Shown here: positions 19,730 to 29,290 of the stretch, piece after piece | Position numbering within the stretch: position 1 is the first letter of the stretch | Layout: every line of letters starts with the position of its first letter | From: Abditibacterium sp. | Lineage (GTDB): Bacteria > Armatimonadota > Abditibacteriia > Abditibacteriales > Abditibacteriaceae | Length of the DNA stretch: 64,000 nucleotides | NCBI GenBank assembly: GCA_965246885.1 | Contig: OZ251992.1 | Location: 960,001-1,024,000 of the forward strand | Direction: 5' to 3' | The notes under the pieces: model-generated | Database searches by the model: none | Told to the model about the DNA's origin: nothing | What the model saw: the letters and a program-made list of their open reading frames with translations, nothing else | Translations under genes and position numbers: made by a program

Positions 19730-21772
19730 ATGCTGCTCGCCGCTCCGCTTCCTGTTCCTGCGCCCGATGCCCCGCCGCCCGCCGCTTTGCCTTCTGCGCC
19801 CATTAAGAGTGCCCATTCCGCGCCGCGACTGCGTGCTTATGTAGTGGGAGTGCCGCTTTTGCTGGGCGTGTGTTTGCTGTCGGTGTATGCGGACATGGTG
19901 TCGAAGGTGGTGCAGTTCGGCGTCTTGCAGTTCGCGCCGCCCGCCATCGCCGCGCTGTTTCTGGTGGCGGGCTTCAACGCCCTCTTGAAACGCTGGACGC
20001 GGCGCACGTTTTTGTCGAGCGCCGACCTGCTCGCCATCTACGCGATGATGCTAACGGGGGTGCTGGTTTCGACGCGTGGTGTGGTGGAGAAGGTGGTCAT
20101 CCCACTCGCGTATCTGCCGTATTTCGCCACGCGCGAGAACGGCTGGAACGCGGCGCTTACGCAGCACATGCCGCGCTGGGCGGTGCCATTTGTGCCCTCG
20201 GCCAAAGCGGGGCCAGCGCCGGAAGTCATCGCCAACTTTTGGAACGGCCTTCCGCCGGGGCAACCCATTCCTTGGGGCGCGTGGATCGGGCCGCTCGCGG
20301 CGTGGTTCGCTTTGGTGGGCGCGGTGATTTGGGTGTTTCTGTGCTTGTCGGCCATCATCCGCCGTCAGTGGATGGACAACGAGCAACTCCGCTTTCCGCT
20401 TACGGCGCTTCCGCTTGCCATCATGCGCGACGAGGTGGAAGGGCAGCCGTTCTGGAGCAACAAGACGATGTGGACGGGGTTCGCGCTCGCGTTCGGCGTG
20501 TTCTTTATAAACGGGCTGAACGCGAATTTCCCCGATTTCCCCAAGCTGGTAACGGACATGAATCTGGGCGGGTATTTGAGCGACCGGCCTTGGAACCAGA
20601 TAAGTTACACGCCACTTTATCTGTCGCTCGCGGCAGTGGGGTTCTTATATTTTCTGCCGGTGGACATGCTGTTTTCGCTGTGGTTTTTCTTTGTCGTGTC
20701 GCGCTTGCAGGATGTCGGAACCGCGATGCTGGGCGGTGTGCCAATGTCCATTGGCACGCACGACGCGCGCGTCCTGACGGGCTACGAGGCGGCGGGGGCG
20801 TATCTGGTGCTGATTGGTGCGCAGCTTCGCATCGGCTGGCCGCACTTCAAAGCGGCGTGGCGCACGGCGTTCGGGCCAAAAGCGACGCGCCCGCTCGATG
20901 ACTCCGACGAGATACTCTCCTACCGCACGGCGTTTGTGGGTTTGGCGTTGGGCTTTGTGTTTATTGTCGCTTGGCTGGGCGCGGCGGGCATGAACTCTTG
21001 GTTGGCGGGCGCGCAGATGGGGTTGTACCTGTTCTTTCTGGCGGTGATCATGTCGCGCGGCGTGGCCGAAGCGGGGCTGCTGATGACGGAAACGAGCTTC
21101 TTGCCTTCGCACCTAATTCGTTTGGTCGCGCCGCTCGCCAGTTTCGGGGCGTCGAGCTTGACGATGCTCTCGACAACGGACATCATGTTCACCCGCGATA
21201 TGCGGGGGGTGCTTTTGTCCAGCTTTCTGGACAACATGAAAATCATGCGCGAAGTGGGGGTGTCGCCGCGCAAGATGCTGCTGCCGTTGGGTGGTTCGGT
21301 CGTGTTTGCGATGGTGGTTTCGACCGCGTTCTTCCTGTATCTGCACTACACGCAGGGCGGACTCTCACTCTACTACTACCCGCGCGGCAACGCGGGGAAC
21401 ATGTATACGATGGCCGCCGCGAACATCAAAGGGTCGGGGTATCTGCCCGACGCGACGGCTTACGGCGGCTTGGCAGTGGGCATCGTCGTGACAATCTTGC
21501 TGACGATGGCCCGCGCGCGCTTTTCGTGGTTCCCGCTGCATCCGCTCGCCTTCGCGCTTGCGCCGACGTGGGCGATGATTGTCCTCTGGTTCCCGTGCCT
21601 GCTGGCGTGGATGGTGAAGTCGCTCACGCTACGCTTTGGCGGCATCGAGACCTACCGGAAAGTCGCGCCGTTTATGCTGGGGCTGATCGGCGGCGAGTTC
21701 TGCGCGGCAGTGTTTTGGGCGCTGGGCAACATGGCGCGCGGCTGGTCGGCGCCGAGTTTCCCTTGGCCATGA
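19730..21772 (+). CDS. Large polytopic membrane protein, DUF6785/DUF6784-like (OPT-related putative transporter)
   Basis: About 680 aa with many TMs; RRQW...EQL.FPL, WFPLHP, WMVK...LRFGG..YR...PF.LGLI.GE motifs. Confidence 0.7.
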   Translation: MLLAAPLPVPAPDAPPPAALPSAPIKSAHSAPRLRAYVVGVPLLLGVCLLSVYADMVSKVVQFGVLQFAPPAIAALFLVAGFNALLKRWTRRTFLSSADLLAIYAMMLTGVLVSTRGVVEKVVIPLAYLPYFATRENGWNAALTQHMPRWAVPFVPSAKAGPAPEVIANFWNGLPPGQPIPWGAWIGPLAAWFALVGAVIWVFLCLSAIIRRQWMDNEQLRFPLTALPLAIMRDEVEGQPFWSNKTMWTGFALAFGVFFINGLNANFPDFPKLVTDMNLGGYLSDRPWNQISYTPLYLSLAAVGFLYFLPVDMLFSLWFFFVVSRLQDVGTAMLGGVPMSIGTHDARVLTGYEAAGAYLVLIGAQLRIGWPHFKAAWRTAFGPKATRPLDDSDEILSYRTAFVGLALGFVFIVAWLGAAGMNSWLAGAQMGLYLFFLAVIMSRGVAEAGLLMTETSFLPSHLIRLVAPLASFGASSLTMLSTTDIMFTRDMRGVLLSSFLDNMKIMREVGVSPRKMLLPLGGSVVFAMVVSTAFFLYLHYTQGGLSLYYYPRGNAGNMYTMAAANIKGSGYLPDATAYGGLAVGIVVTILLTMARARFSWFPLHPLAFALAPTWAMIVLWFPCLLAWMVKSLTLRFGGIETYRKVAPFMLGLIGGEFCAAVFWALGNMARGWSAPSFPWP

Positions 21773-22212
21773 GCCTTCCCGCGTGGGCCGAACTCGACGC
21801 GCGGTTGCCCTACTTACTCGAACGCTTCGGTGTCGCCCTTTGCTCGGATGAACCCGTCTGCGACGGCGAGGGGTGGCTTCATGTCACCGCCGCCGCGCGC
21901 GTTTGGAACCGCGAGCGGACGCATGTTCTCCAAGTCTGGAGCGCCAAAGCAGGCCGCTTCCAATTCCCCGGCGCGCATGGGAACGGCGACTTCGACATGG
22001 AAGCAGTCGCGCTCCGCGAGGCCCGCCGCGCGTTGGGCGAAGGCGCCGGACTGCGGCCCTTGGGCGCATCGGAAATACTGGTCGAAACCGTCGCCGAGTA
22101 TTGGAACACGCCCGCGCACGCACACTTCGCCATCGTCTTCGAGTTTTGGGCTGAGGGAGTGGGGGAGTTGCCCAAGGGCGCGCGTTGGACGGCGGCGGAT
22201 GCCCCCAAGTGA
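21769..22212 (+). CDS. Degenerate NUDIX-fold protein
   Basis: ATGA overlap with the upstream gene; HVTA, QFPGAHGNGD....VALREA...G and PAHAHF recall NUDIX hydrolases. Confidence 0.55.
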   Translation: MSLPAWAELDARLPYLLERFGVALCSDEPVCDGEGWLHVTAAARVWNRERTHVLQVWSAKAGRFQFPGAHGNGDFDMEAVALREARRALGEGAGLRPLGASEILVETVAEYWNTPAHAHFAIVFEFWAEGVGELPKGARWTAADAPK

Positions 22213-22236
22213 CGCGCGCCGCGCGAATCGGATAAA

Positions 22237-22674
22237 ATGGCGGCAGAAGAAACCATGTTTAGCTGGAACCACAAGCCGCATCTGCGCCGCGCCCAGAACT
22301 CCGACTTCCACGCCGGGGAAACGTGGGCCTACCAAACGCGCCCCCACGAAACCGGCTCGACGTTCTTCGTCCTGCGCGTCGAAACCCTCCCCGACAACTC
22401 CAACGTCGTCCACATCCAACTGAACGGCCTCAAGATTCCCAACCCGGCCTCCCCGGACGGCCTGTCGGACTCCGCCGAACACCTGCCCGTCTCCGAAACC
22501 GCATTAGCGGCGTCCGCCACCCACAAAATTAGCTCCGCCGACGCTCCGCCGATGCCCGCCGGTTACGCCCAGTGGCGCGCCGAATGGGAAGCGGGCCGCG
22601 CCGGTGCCTTCCAGATCCCCCTCGCCGAAATCGCCGACGTGCTGGAAGAAGCGATGAATAAACTCGCTTCATGA
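22237..22674 (+). CDS. Hypothetical protein (alternative ATG at 22255)
   Basis: 145-aa ORF with host-like codon bias; stop overlaps the next ATG. Confidence 0.7.
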   Translation: MAAEETMFSWNHKPHLRRAQNSDFHAGETWAYQTRPHETGSTFFVLRVETLPDNSNVVHIQLNGLKIPNPASPDGLSDSAEHLPVSETALAASATHKISSADAPPMPAGYAQWRAEWEAGRAGAFQIPLAEIADVLEEAMNKLAS

Positions 22675-22916
22675 CCGTAAACCAAACCCTGCTGACATTC
22701 AACTCGCCCGAAGAACTCGCCGACTTTTTCGACGCCAGCGATATGGGCGACTTCGACGTGCCCGACGCGGAGTTCGAGGTGGATATCCAAACGCGCGAGT
22801 GCCTGTTTCCTGTTGACGAGGTGTTAATGCACAAAATCCTGCGCTTGGCTCAGGAACAGGCCGTGTCCACACCCGAATTAGTGCGCGGTTGGCTGGAAGA
22901 GAAGGTTGCGGCTTAA
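22671..22916 (+). CDS. CopG/BrnA-like antitoxin
   Basis: F.S.EE.ADFFD..D..DF N-terminus, then an RHH-like ...LAQEQAVS..ELVRGWLEEK segment. Confidence 0.7.
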   Translation: MTVNQTLLTFNSPEELADFFDASDMGDFDVPDAEFEVDIQTRECLFPVDEVLMHKILRLAQEQAVSTPELVRGWLEEKVAA

Positions 22917-22943
22917 CCGCGCAAGAAGTAAAATTCCATCTGC

Positions 22944-23222
22944 ATGAACAACTCTGGTTGGCGCGTCATTTTGCGCTTCTCTTTCGATGGGGATGCTGGG
23001 TCTAAACTGAGAAATCATCTTGAGCCTATCCTGAATAAGTGCGGGGTTGAGCAAGTAAAGAGTGCTGACAAACCCACCGGGACTTGGCAATCCAGCAGTT
23101 CAACGTCTACAGAGGCTGTCGCTCAATTGAAGCGGGTGTTAGACGTTTTAGCTGATCCCACAGCTATCAATAGTCCGGCTGTCCTTGACCATCTTTGGAT
23201 TTACATCGACCGCGCAGATTGA
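22944..23222 (+). CDS. Hypothetical protein, AT-richer than host genes
   Basis: 92-aa ORF filling the gap before the convergent carB hairpin. Confidence 0.55.
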   Translation: MNNSGWRVILRFSFDGDAGSKLRNHLEPILNKCGVEQVKSADKPTGTWQSSSSTSTEAVAQLKRVLDVLADPTAINSPAVLDHLWIYIDRAD

Positions 23223-23225
23223 GAA

Positions 23226-23250
23226 GGGCCGCGATACAAACTCGCGGCCC
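23226..23250. terminator. Hairpin between convergent genes (possible bidirectional terminator)
   Basis: gggccgcga-tacaaac-tcgcggccc, immediately beyond the carB stop. Confidence 0.5.
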
Positions 23251-23255
23251 CCGTC

Positions 23256-24902
23256 TCATTCGCTCTCCCGTTCAAAGCACGAGTAGTAATACGGCGTGGC
23301 GGCCTCGAATTCTCCGGCGCAGGTGTCCACCATTTTGTAGGCGGGCACGAGGCCGAATCCCTTGCGGCGGGCGCGGATTGCTAATTCGTCGAGGCCCGTC
23401 AGTTCGGCGATGTGGCCGTCGTGGAAGCCGAAGGTGCGGGCTTGGTGCATCAGTTCGGGCGTGAGGGCGTCGAGGGTTTGGCCTTTCAAGCGGCCTTCCA
23501 TTTCGACGATGGCGGCGATCTTTCGCAGGAACCAACGGTCTATGCGCGTGAGTTGGTAAATTTCTTCGACCATCAGGCCGCGCCGGAGCGCCTCGAAGAT
23601 GACGAACACGCGCTCGTCGGTCGGGGTGCGAAGTTTGCCTTCGATGTCCATTTCCGATAGCTCGCTTAGGCCCTTCTGTTTCAGGCCGATGACGCCGACT
23701 TCGAGGGAGCGTAGCGCCTTCATGAAGGCGCCCTCGAAGGAGCGGTCAATGGCCATCACTTCGCCCGTCGCCTTCATTTGCGTGGTGATGCGGCGGTCGG
23801 ATGTGCCGAACTTGTCGAAGGGCCAGCGCGGGATTTTGCACACGATATAGTCGAGCGCCGGTTCAAAACAGGCGAGGGTTTTCTTGGTGACGGCGTTTTG
23901 GATTTCGTCGAGATGGAAGCCGATGGCGATTTTCGCCGACACGCGGGCGATGGGGTAGCCGGTCGCTTTGGAGGCGAGGGCCGAGGAGCGGGACACGCGC
24001 GGGTTGACTTCGATGACGAAGTAGCGGCTGGAATGCGGGTCGAGCGACAGTTGCACGTTGCAGCCGCCTTCGATACCAAGCTCACGGATGATGTTGAGGC
24101 TGGCGGTGCGCAGCATCTGATATTCCTTGTCCGAGAGGGTTTGCGAGGGCGCGACGACGATGCTGTCTCCCGTGTGGACGCCCATCGGGTCGAGATTCTC
24201 CATGTTGCAGATGGTAATCGCCGTGTCGTTGCCGTCGCGCATGACCTCGTATTCGACCTCCTTCCAGCCGTTGAGATAGCGTTCGAGCAGAATCTGGTGA
24301 ATCAGACTGCGCTCCAAGCCGGTGTGGACGAACTGCTCCAACTGCTCGTCATTCCACGCGATGCCGCCGCCCGTGCCGCCGAGCGTGTAGGCGGGGCGAA
24401 TGATGAGCGGGTAGCCGATTTCGTCGCGGAAAGCGCGCGCTTGTTCGGGCGTGTCGCACACGGCGGATTCGGGCACGGGCTGGCCGATGGCGCGCATGGT
24501 TTCCTTGAACAAGTCGCGGTCTTCTGCCTTTTTGATCGAATCAAGCGGCGTGCCGAGCAAGCGCACGTTGTACTTGTCCAGAATCCCCGCTTCGGCGAGT
24601 TGATACGCGAGGTTCAGCCCCGTTTGCCCGCCCAGCGAGGGCAAAAGTCCGTCGGGCCGCTCCTTGGCGATGACCTGCTCCAGAAAGGGGAGGGTGAGCG
24701 GCTCGATGTAAACTGCGTCCGCAGTTTCCGGGTCGGTCATAATCGTGGCCGGGTTGGAATTGACCAGCACGACGCTGATGCCCTCCTCGCGCAGCGAAGC
24801 GCACGCCTGCGTTCCGGCGTAATCGAACTCGGCAGCCTGACCGATAACAATCGGCCCGGAGCCGATAACCATGACTTTGTGAATGTTGGGATTGAGTGGC
24901 AT
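23256..24902 (-). CDS. carB: Carbamoyl-phosphate synthase large chain, N-terminal half only
   Basis: [40 protein letters not shown] and [11 protein letters not shown]; ends at 548 aa after [11 protein letters not shown]. Confidence 0.92.
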   Translation of the reverse strand: MPLNPNIHKVMVIGSGPIVIGQAAEFDYAGTQACASLREEGISVVLVNSNPATIMTDPETADAVYIEPLTLPFLEQVIAKERPDGLLPSLGGQTGLNLAYQLAEAGILDKYNVRLLGTPLDSIKKAEDRDLFKETMRAIGQPVPESAVCDTPEQARAFRDEIGYPLIIRPAYTLGGTGGGIAWNDEQLEQFVHTGLERSLIHQILLERYLNGWKEVEYEVMRDGNDTAITICNMENLDPMGVHTGDSIVVAPSQTLSDKEYQMLRTASLNIIRELGIEGGCNVQLSLDPHSSRYFVIEVNPRVSRSSALASKATGYPIARVSAKIAIGFHLDEIQNAVTKKTLACFEPALDYIVCKIPRWPFDKFGTSDRRITTQMKATGEVMAIDRSFEGAFMKALRSLEVGVIGLKQKGLSELSEMDIEGKLRTPTDERVFVIFEALRRGLMVEEIYQLTRIDRWFLRKIAAIVEMEGRLKGQTLDALTPELMHQARTFGFHDGHIAELTGLDELAIRARRKGFGLVPAYKMVDTCAGEFEAATPYYYSCFERESE

Positions 24903-25406
24903 TTAGGAATAAAGTTCGCGCGCAGTATCGAGCGAGAGATAAAGATGAAAGTGGTCGTCCTGCAAAGAGGTAAAGTCGAACTTACGGTAGAAACTGAGCG
25001 CCGCCTCGTCAATGGCCCACAGTTCCAACGCCAAAACGCCGATGATTTGCGAGACCGCGAGGGTTCGCTCAAACACGACATCTAAAAGTGCCTTGCCCAA
25101 ACGTTGCCCTTGAAATTCCCGGTCAACGGCGAAGCGGCCCAGATGAACTGAAGGCACAAGGCGCGGCCAACCTTTACGCACCTCTTCGGGGAAATCCGTA
25201 AGGGCTACAGCGCCTGAACTAAGGGTGAAATAGCCACAGACGCGCGGATTATCGGGCGTGACAGCAACGTAGGTGCGCGAAGAACCCAACGCTGTGTTCT
25301 GCCGCGCAAAGCGTTTGAGGTATTCGTTGAGCGACTCTTGTCCGCAGTCGAACTGCTTGCGTCCGTGCCGCTCGTTCAAGGCTTCAATGAAGAATCCCTG
25401 ACTCAT
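24903..25406 (-). CDS. GNAT-family acetyltransferase toxin (AtaT/TacT-like)
   Basis: H.R..FDCG..SLNEYL...A.Q, GYFTLS, LGRFAVD..FQGQRLGKALL, A..FY.KF.F; ATG overlaps the antitoxin stop. Confidence 0.88.
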   Translation of the reverse strand: MSQGFFIEALNERHGRKQFDCGQESLNEYLKRFARQNTALGSSRTYVAVTPDNPRVCGYFTLSSGAVALTDFPEEVRKGWPRLVPSVHLGRFAVDREFQGQRLGKALLDVVFERTLAVSQIIGVLALELWAIDEAALSFYRKFDFTSLQDDHFHLYLSLDTARELYS

Positions 25407-25624
25407 GGGCGGAACCCCAGAATCAACTGCTTGCCCGCTTCCCGCACCTTTTTCAACTCCTCGTTCGGCGCGGGCGGGTTCTGTAGCAAGTCGAGTAACG
25501 TCTGCGAGTCGCGCGCGCTCAGTTTCGTGATGTGAAACCCCTCCTCTCCGGGCGCGCTCGGTTCGAGGTTCTCGATCATTTCGTCGGTCGGGTTTTCGAT
25601 GTCGAATTTCTTTTGGGTGGCCAT
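25403..25624 (-). CDS. Short DUF1778-like antitoxin (C-terminal neutralising region only)
   Basis: LSARD...LLDLLQNPPAPNEEL matches the DUF1778 C-terminus; directly upstream of the GNAT. Confidence 0.7.
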   Translation of the reverse strand: MATQKKFDIENPTDEMIENLEPSAPGEEGFHITKLSARDSQTLLDLLQNPPAPNEELKKVREAGKQLILGFRP

Positions 25625-25661
25625 AATCTTTAGTATCGGGACTGCGTTTCGTCTTCAACGA

Positions 25662-26786
25662 TTAAGCGGCGGGAACTCCTCCGTCACCCCGCACCAACTC
25701 CGCGAAGCGGTCGAACAGATACGCGTTATCGCGCGGGCCGGGGGAGGCTTCAGGGTGGTATTGGACGGAGAAGACGGGGCGGCTCGTGTGCCGCAGGCCT
25801 TCGACGGTTTGGTCGTTGAGGTTGAGGTGCGTGACTTCCACGCCTTTGGGCAGGGAGTCGGCGCGCAAGGCGTAGCCGTGATTTTGGCTGGTGATATGAA
25901 CCTTGCCGGTCGTCAGGTCTTTGACGGGGTGGTTGGCGCCTCGGTGCCCGAACTTGAGCTTGTAGGTCTCGCCGCCGAGGGCGCGGCCCAAGAGTTGGTG
26001 GCCCAAGCAAATGCCAAACATGGGGCGCTTTGCATCTTGCGCCATCAGGTCGCGCAGCGTTTCGACTTCGGCTTCCAAGGAGCGCGGGTCGCCGGGGCCG
26101 TTCGCCAGCATGATGCCATCGGGCGCAAGCGCCAAAATCTCCTCTTTCCCGGCGCCGCACGGCAACACAACGACTTCCAAGCCGCGCTCCGCGAGTTCGC
26201 GCAGGATATTGTATTTGGTGCCGTAATCCATCACGACGACGCGCGGTCGGACACCCTTGGGTGGGACGGTATGGCGCGCTTCGTCGTGCCACAGATAGGC
26301 TTCTTTGGTCGAGACCTCGCGGGCGTAGGTTCCGGCGTCGTAGTCGGGCAAGTTGCGCAAGAGTTGTAGCCCTTCTTCGGCGGAGTGTTCCGTCGTGATC
26401 ATGCCCAGCATCACGCCCGAATCGCGCAAGTGGAGAACCAAATCGCGCACGTCTATGCCCTCAATGCCCACGATGCCGTTCTTAATTAAGTAGTCGTCGC
26501 CGGTATTTTCGGAAGCGTAGTTGGAAGGGATGTCGCACATTTCGCGCACGATGAAGCCCGCGACCTTCGGGCTGTTGGACTCGATGTCGCGCTCGGTCAC
26601 GCCGTAGTTGCCGATGAGCGGATAGGTCAGGGCGACCAATTGCCCCGCGTACGAGGGGTCGGTGAGAATCTCCTGATAGCCGGTCATGGAGGTGTTGAAG
26701 ACCACCTCGCCCGTCGTAGTGCCGCGCGCGCCGACACCCGTGCCTTCGTAGGTTGTGCCGTCAATAAGAATGAGTCGTGTTTGCAT
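25662..26786 (-). CDS. carA: Carbamoyl-phosphate synthase small chain
   Basis: GEVVFNTSMTGYQEILTDPSY, NGPGDP, GICLGHQ and QYHPEASPGP. Confidence 0.95.
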   Translation of the reverse strand: MQTRLILIDGTTYEGTGVGARGTTTGEVVFNTSMTGYQEILTDPSYAGQLVALTYPLIGNYGVTERDIESNSPKVAGFIVREMCDIPSNYASENTGDDYLIKNGIVGIEGIDVRDLVLHLRDSGVMLGMITTEHSAEEGLQLLRNLPDYDAGTYAREVSTKEAYLWHDEARHTVPPKGVRPRVVVMDYGTKYNILRELAERGLEVVVLPCGAGKEEILALAPDGIMLANGPGDPRSLEAEVETLRDLMAQDAKRPMFGICLGHQLLGRALGGETYKLKFGHRGANHPVKDLTTGKVHITSQNHGYALRADSLPKGVEVTHLNLNDQTVEGLRHTSRPVFSVQYHPEASPGPRDNAYLFDRFAELVRGDGGVPAA

Positions 26787-26794
26787 GGTGCTTG

Positions 26795-28090
26795 TTAGAA
26801 TACCCGCCGGCCCGCCGCCCACGTCGCCCGAACGCGGCCCGTTAGCTCATGGCCCAGCCAAGGCGAGTTCTTTGACTTGGAGCGCAGCGCTTCGGGCGTC
26901 AGCACCCACTTCTCGGCGGGGTCGAACGCGCACACATCCGCCCGCGCGCCCACCTGAAGCGTGCCCGCGTCCAGACCGAGCAAGCGCGCCGGAGCGTGGG
27001 TCATCAGTTCCACCATCCGCCCCAACGACAGCGCGCCCGAATGAACGAGGGTTTCCAAACTGATGGGCAGGCTCGTTTCCAAGCCGATGATGCCGAACGG
27101 CGCTTGGTCGAACTCGCGGTCTTTTTCGCGCGGCGCGTGCGGCGCGTGGTCGGTGGCGATGCAATCGAGCACCCCGTCCGCCAACGCCGCAATGATGGCC
27201 GCGCAATCTTCCGCCGTGCGAAGCGGCGGGTTCATCTTGGCGTTCGTATTGTAGCCGCGCACCGCTTCATCGGTCAAGGCGAAATGGTGCGGCCCCGCTT
27301 CGGCAGTTATAGGGACGCCCCCGGCTTTAAACGCGCGCACCAACTCCACCGCCGCGCGCGTCGAAACGTGCAAAATATGGACGCGGCACCCCTCCTCGCG
27401 CGCCAAGGCGCCCGCTTTGTAAACCGCCAGTTCTTCCGATACGCGCGGCATCCCTCGCAATCCCAGTTCGAGAGACACGCGCCCCTCGTTCATCACGCCG
27501 CCTCCCTTGCCCACGCCCGCGTGTCCGCCACCCGTGAGCGTCAGGTCTTCGCAGTGGAGCATCACGACCATGCCAACCGTCTTGGCGTAGCGAAAGACGC
27601 GGCGCAAAAAGTCGGCGTCCTGTATCGGAAACGCGTCGTCTGAAACCGCGACAGCGCCCGCGTCTTTCAAGTCGCCGAACTCCGATAGCTGCTCGTTCTT
27701 GGCCGCGAGCGATACCGACGCAATCGGCAAAATTCGCACGCCGTTGCCTTCCGTTCGCGCCCGCGCCAACACGTCCTCCACGACCGAGCGGTTGTCTATC
27801 GTCGGGAGGGTGTTGGGCATCACGCATATCGTCGTAAACCCGCCCGCCGCCGCCGCCTTTGACAAGCTCGCCGTGTCCTCTTTATACTCCTGACCGGGCG
27901 TTCGCCCGTGCACGTGCACATCGACCAGCCCCGGCGCCACCACTAACCCCGTCGCGTCAAACACCTCGTCGGCCCCCTCCGCCCCTTCCCCGACGCGCGC
28001 GATTACCCCGTCGCGGATGAGCACATCCGCCACCGCGTCGAAGTTCTGCGAGGGGTCAACCACCCGCCCGTTTTGAATCAGTAAGTTCAT
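26795..28090 (-). CDS. pyrC: Dihydroorotase
   Basis: PGLVDVHVH.R.PG, MPNT, KMNPPLR, ATDHAPH, APFGIIGLE and SKSKNSP. Confidence 0.95.
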   Translation of the reverse strand: MNLLIQNGRVVDPSQNFDAVADVLIRDGVIARVGEGAEGADEVFDATGLVVAPGLVDVHVHGRTPGQEYKEDTASLSKAAAAGGFTTICVMPNTLPTIDNRSVVEDVLARARTEGNGVRILPIASVSLAAKNEQLSEFGDLKDAGAVAVSDDAFPIQDADFLRRVFRYAKTVGMVVMLHCEDLTLTGGGHAGVGKGGGVMNEGRVSLELGLRGMPRVSEELAVYKAGALAREEGCRVHILHVSTRAAVELVRAFKAGGVPITAEAGPHHFALTDEAVRGYNTNAKMNPPLRTAEDCAAIIAALADGVLDCIATDHAPHAPREKDREFDQAPFGIIGLETSLPISLETLVHSGALSLGRMVELMTHAPARLLGLDAGTLQVGARADVCAFDPAEKWVLTPEALRSKSKNSPWLGHELTGRVRATWAAGRRVF

Positions 28091-28100
28091 TGGAAGCCAA

Positions 28101-28346
28101 TCAGTCAAACGGCCCTTTGCTGCTTGACCAAGGCGAGCCGTCGCTGGCTTTGCCCTTGGGTTTGGCGCCGCCGGGGCCGCTTTGAATCTTGCTTTGCGGC
28201 GCGATAGGCGGCGGGGCCGACGCCGACTGGGGCGGGCGCAGGGCGCGGTTTTGGGCGGCGCGCTTGCGGCTGGACGCGGACACGGCGCGCCCGATGGCGA
28301 TAACGGCGACAACGCCGATTTTGATTAAAGCAACATCAAAGGTCAT
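28101..28346 (-). CDS. Small hypothetical membrane-anchored protein within the pyr operon
   Basis: ATG overlaps the pyrB stop (ATGA); 81 aa with an N-terminal hydrophobic stretch and a Pro/Lys/Ser-rich tail; fills the pyrB-pyrC gap. Confidence 0.6.
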   Translation of the reverse strand: MTFDVALIKIGVVAVIAIGRAVSASSRKRAAQNRALRPPQSASAPPPIAPQSKIQSGPGGAKPKGKASDGSPWSSSKGPFD

Positions 28347-29275
28347 TTTTCTCCTCCCAACAAATGGTACAGCACCGCCATGCGCACCGCGACGCCGTTG
28401 GTCACTTGGTTCAATATCACGCTTTGCGGCCCATCGGCCACGTCGTCGGCTATCTCGACGCCCCGATTGATGGGGCCGGGATGCATCACGATGGCGTCGG
28501 GTTTGGCCCGTTTCAAGCGCGCCGCGTTCAGCCCATACAAGCGCGCGAACTCGCGCACGCTGGGCAGGTAAGCCCCGTTCATCCGCTCGTTCTGTAAGCG
28601 CAGCGTCATCACCACGTCCGCCCCGGCGACCGCCTCGTCCGCGTCGGTCGTTAGGCGCAGTGGCAAGGCGCAGAACTCCGGCGGCAGGAGCGTGTGCGGC
28701 CCGCACAGCGTTAAATTCGCGCCCATCGTGAGCAGCCCGAACACGTTCGAGCGCGCCACGCGCGAATGGAGCAGGTCGCCAATGATGGTCACGTTCAGCC
28801 CCTCGATGCGCCCTTTGTGGTCTTGAATGGTCTTCAAATCCAGCAACCCTTGCGTTGGGTGCTCGTGCCAACCGTCGCCCGCGTTCACGACCGAAAAGTC
28901 GAAGCCGAACTTGCCGGAATACGAGGCCGCCAACTCCGGCGCCCCCGACGATCCGTGTCGGATCACGAAACACTGCGCGCCCATCGCCGCCAGCGTGAGC
29001 AGGGTGTCCTTAAGCGTTTCGCCTTTGGACACACTCGACGCCGCGACCGCAAGCGAACTGGTGTCGGCGGACAGCGTTTTGGCCGCCATCTCGAACGACG
29101 CCCGCGTGCGGGTCGAAGGCTCGAAAAAGAGCGTGCAAACTCCCTGACCGCGCAAGGCGGGCGTCTTTTTGATGGGCCGCGACAAGACCTCGCGCATCGC
29201 CTCGGCGGTTTCCAGCCACTCCTCTATCTCCGCACGAGAAGCGTCTTGCAGACCCAGTAGATGCTGCCGTTTCAT
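28343..29275 (-). CDS. pyrB: Aspartate carbamoyltransferase catalytic subunit
   Basis: FFEPSTRT, NAGDG.HEHPTQ, RLQNER and MHPGPINRGVEI. Confidence 0.96.
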   Translation of the reverse strand: MKRQHLLGLQDASRAEIEEWLETAEAMREVLSRPIKKTPALRGQGVCTLFFEPSTRTRASFEMAAKTLSADTSSLAVAASSVSKGETLKDTLLTLAAMGAQCFVIRHGSSGAPELAASYSGKFGFDFSVVNAGDGWHEHPTQGLLDLKTIQDHKGRIEGLNVTIIGDLLHSRVARSNVFGLLTMGANLTLCGPHTLLPPEFCALPLRLTTDADEAVAGADVVMTLRLQNERMNGAYLPSVREFARLYGLNAARLKRAKPDAIVMHPGPINRGVEIADDVADGPQSVILNQVTNGVAVRMAVLYHLLGGEK

Positions 29276-29290
29276 GGTTTATTTCCCTCG

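Noticed and set aside
22900..23260. Frameshifted continuation of carB
   Set aside because: No CarB C-terminal motifs in the minus-strand sequence after the stop; the region holds a hairpin and opposite-strand genes.
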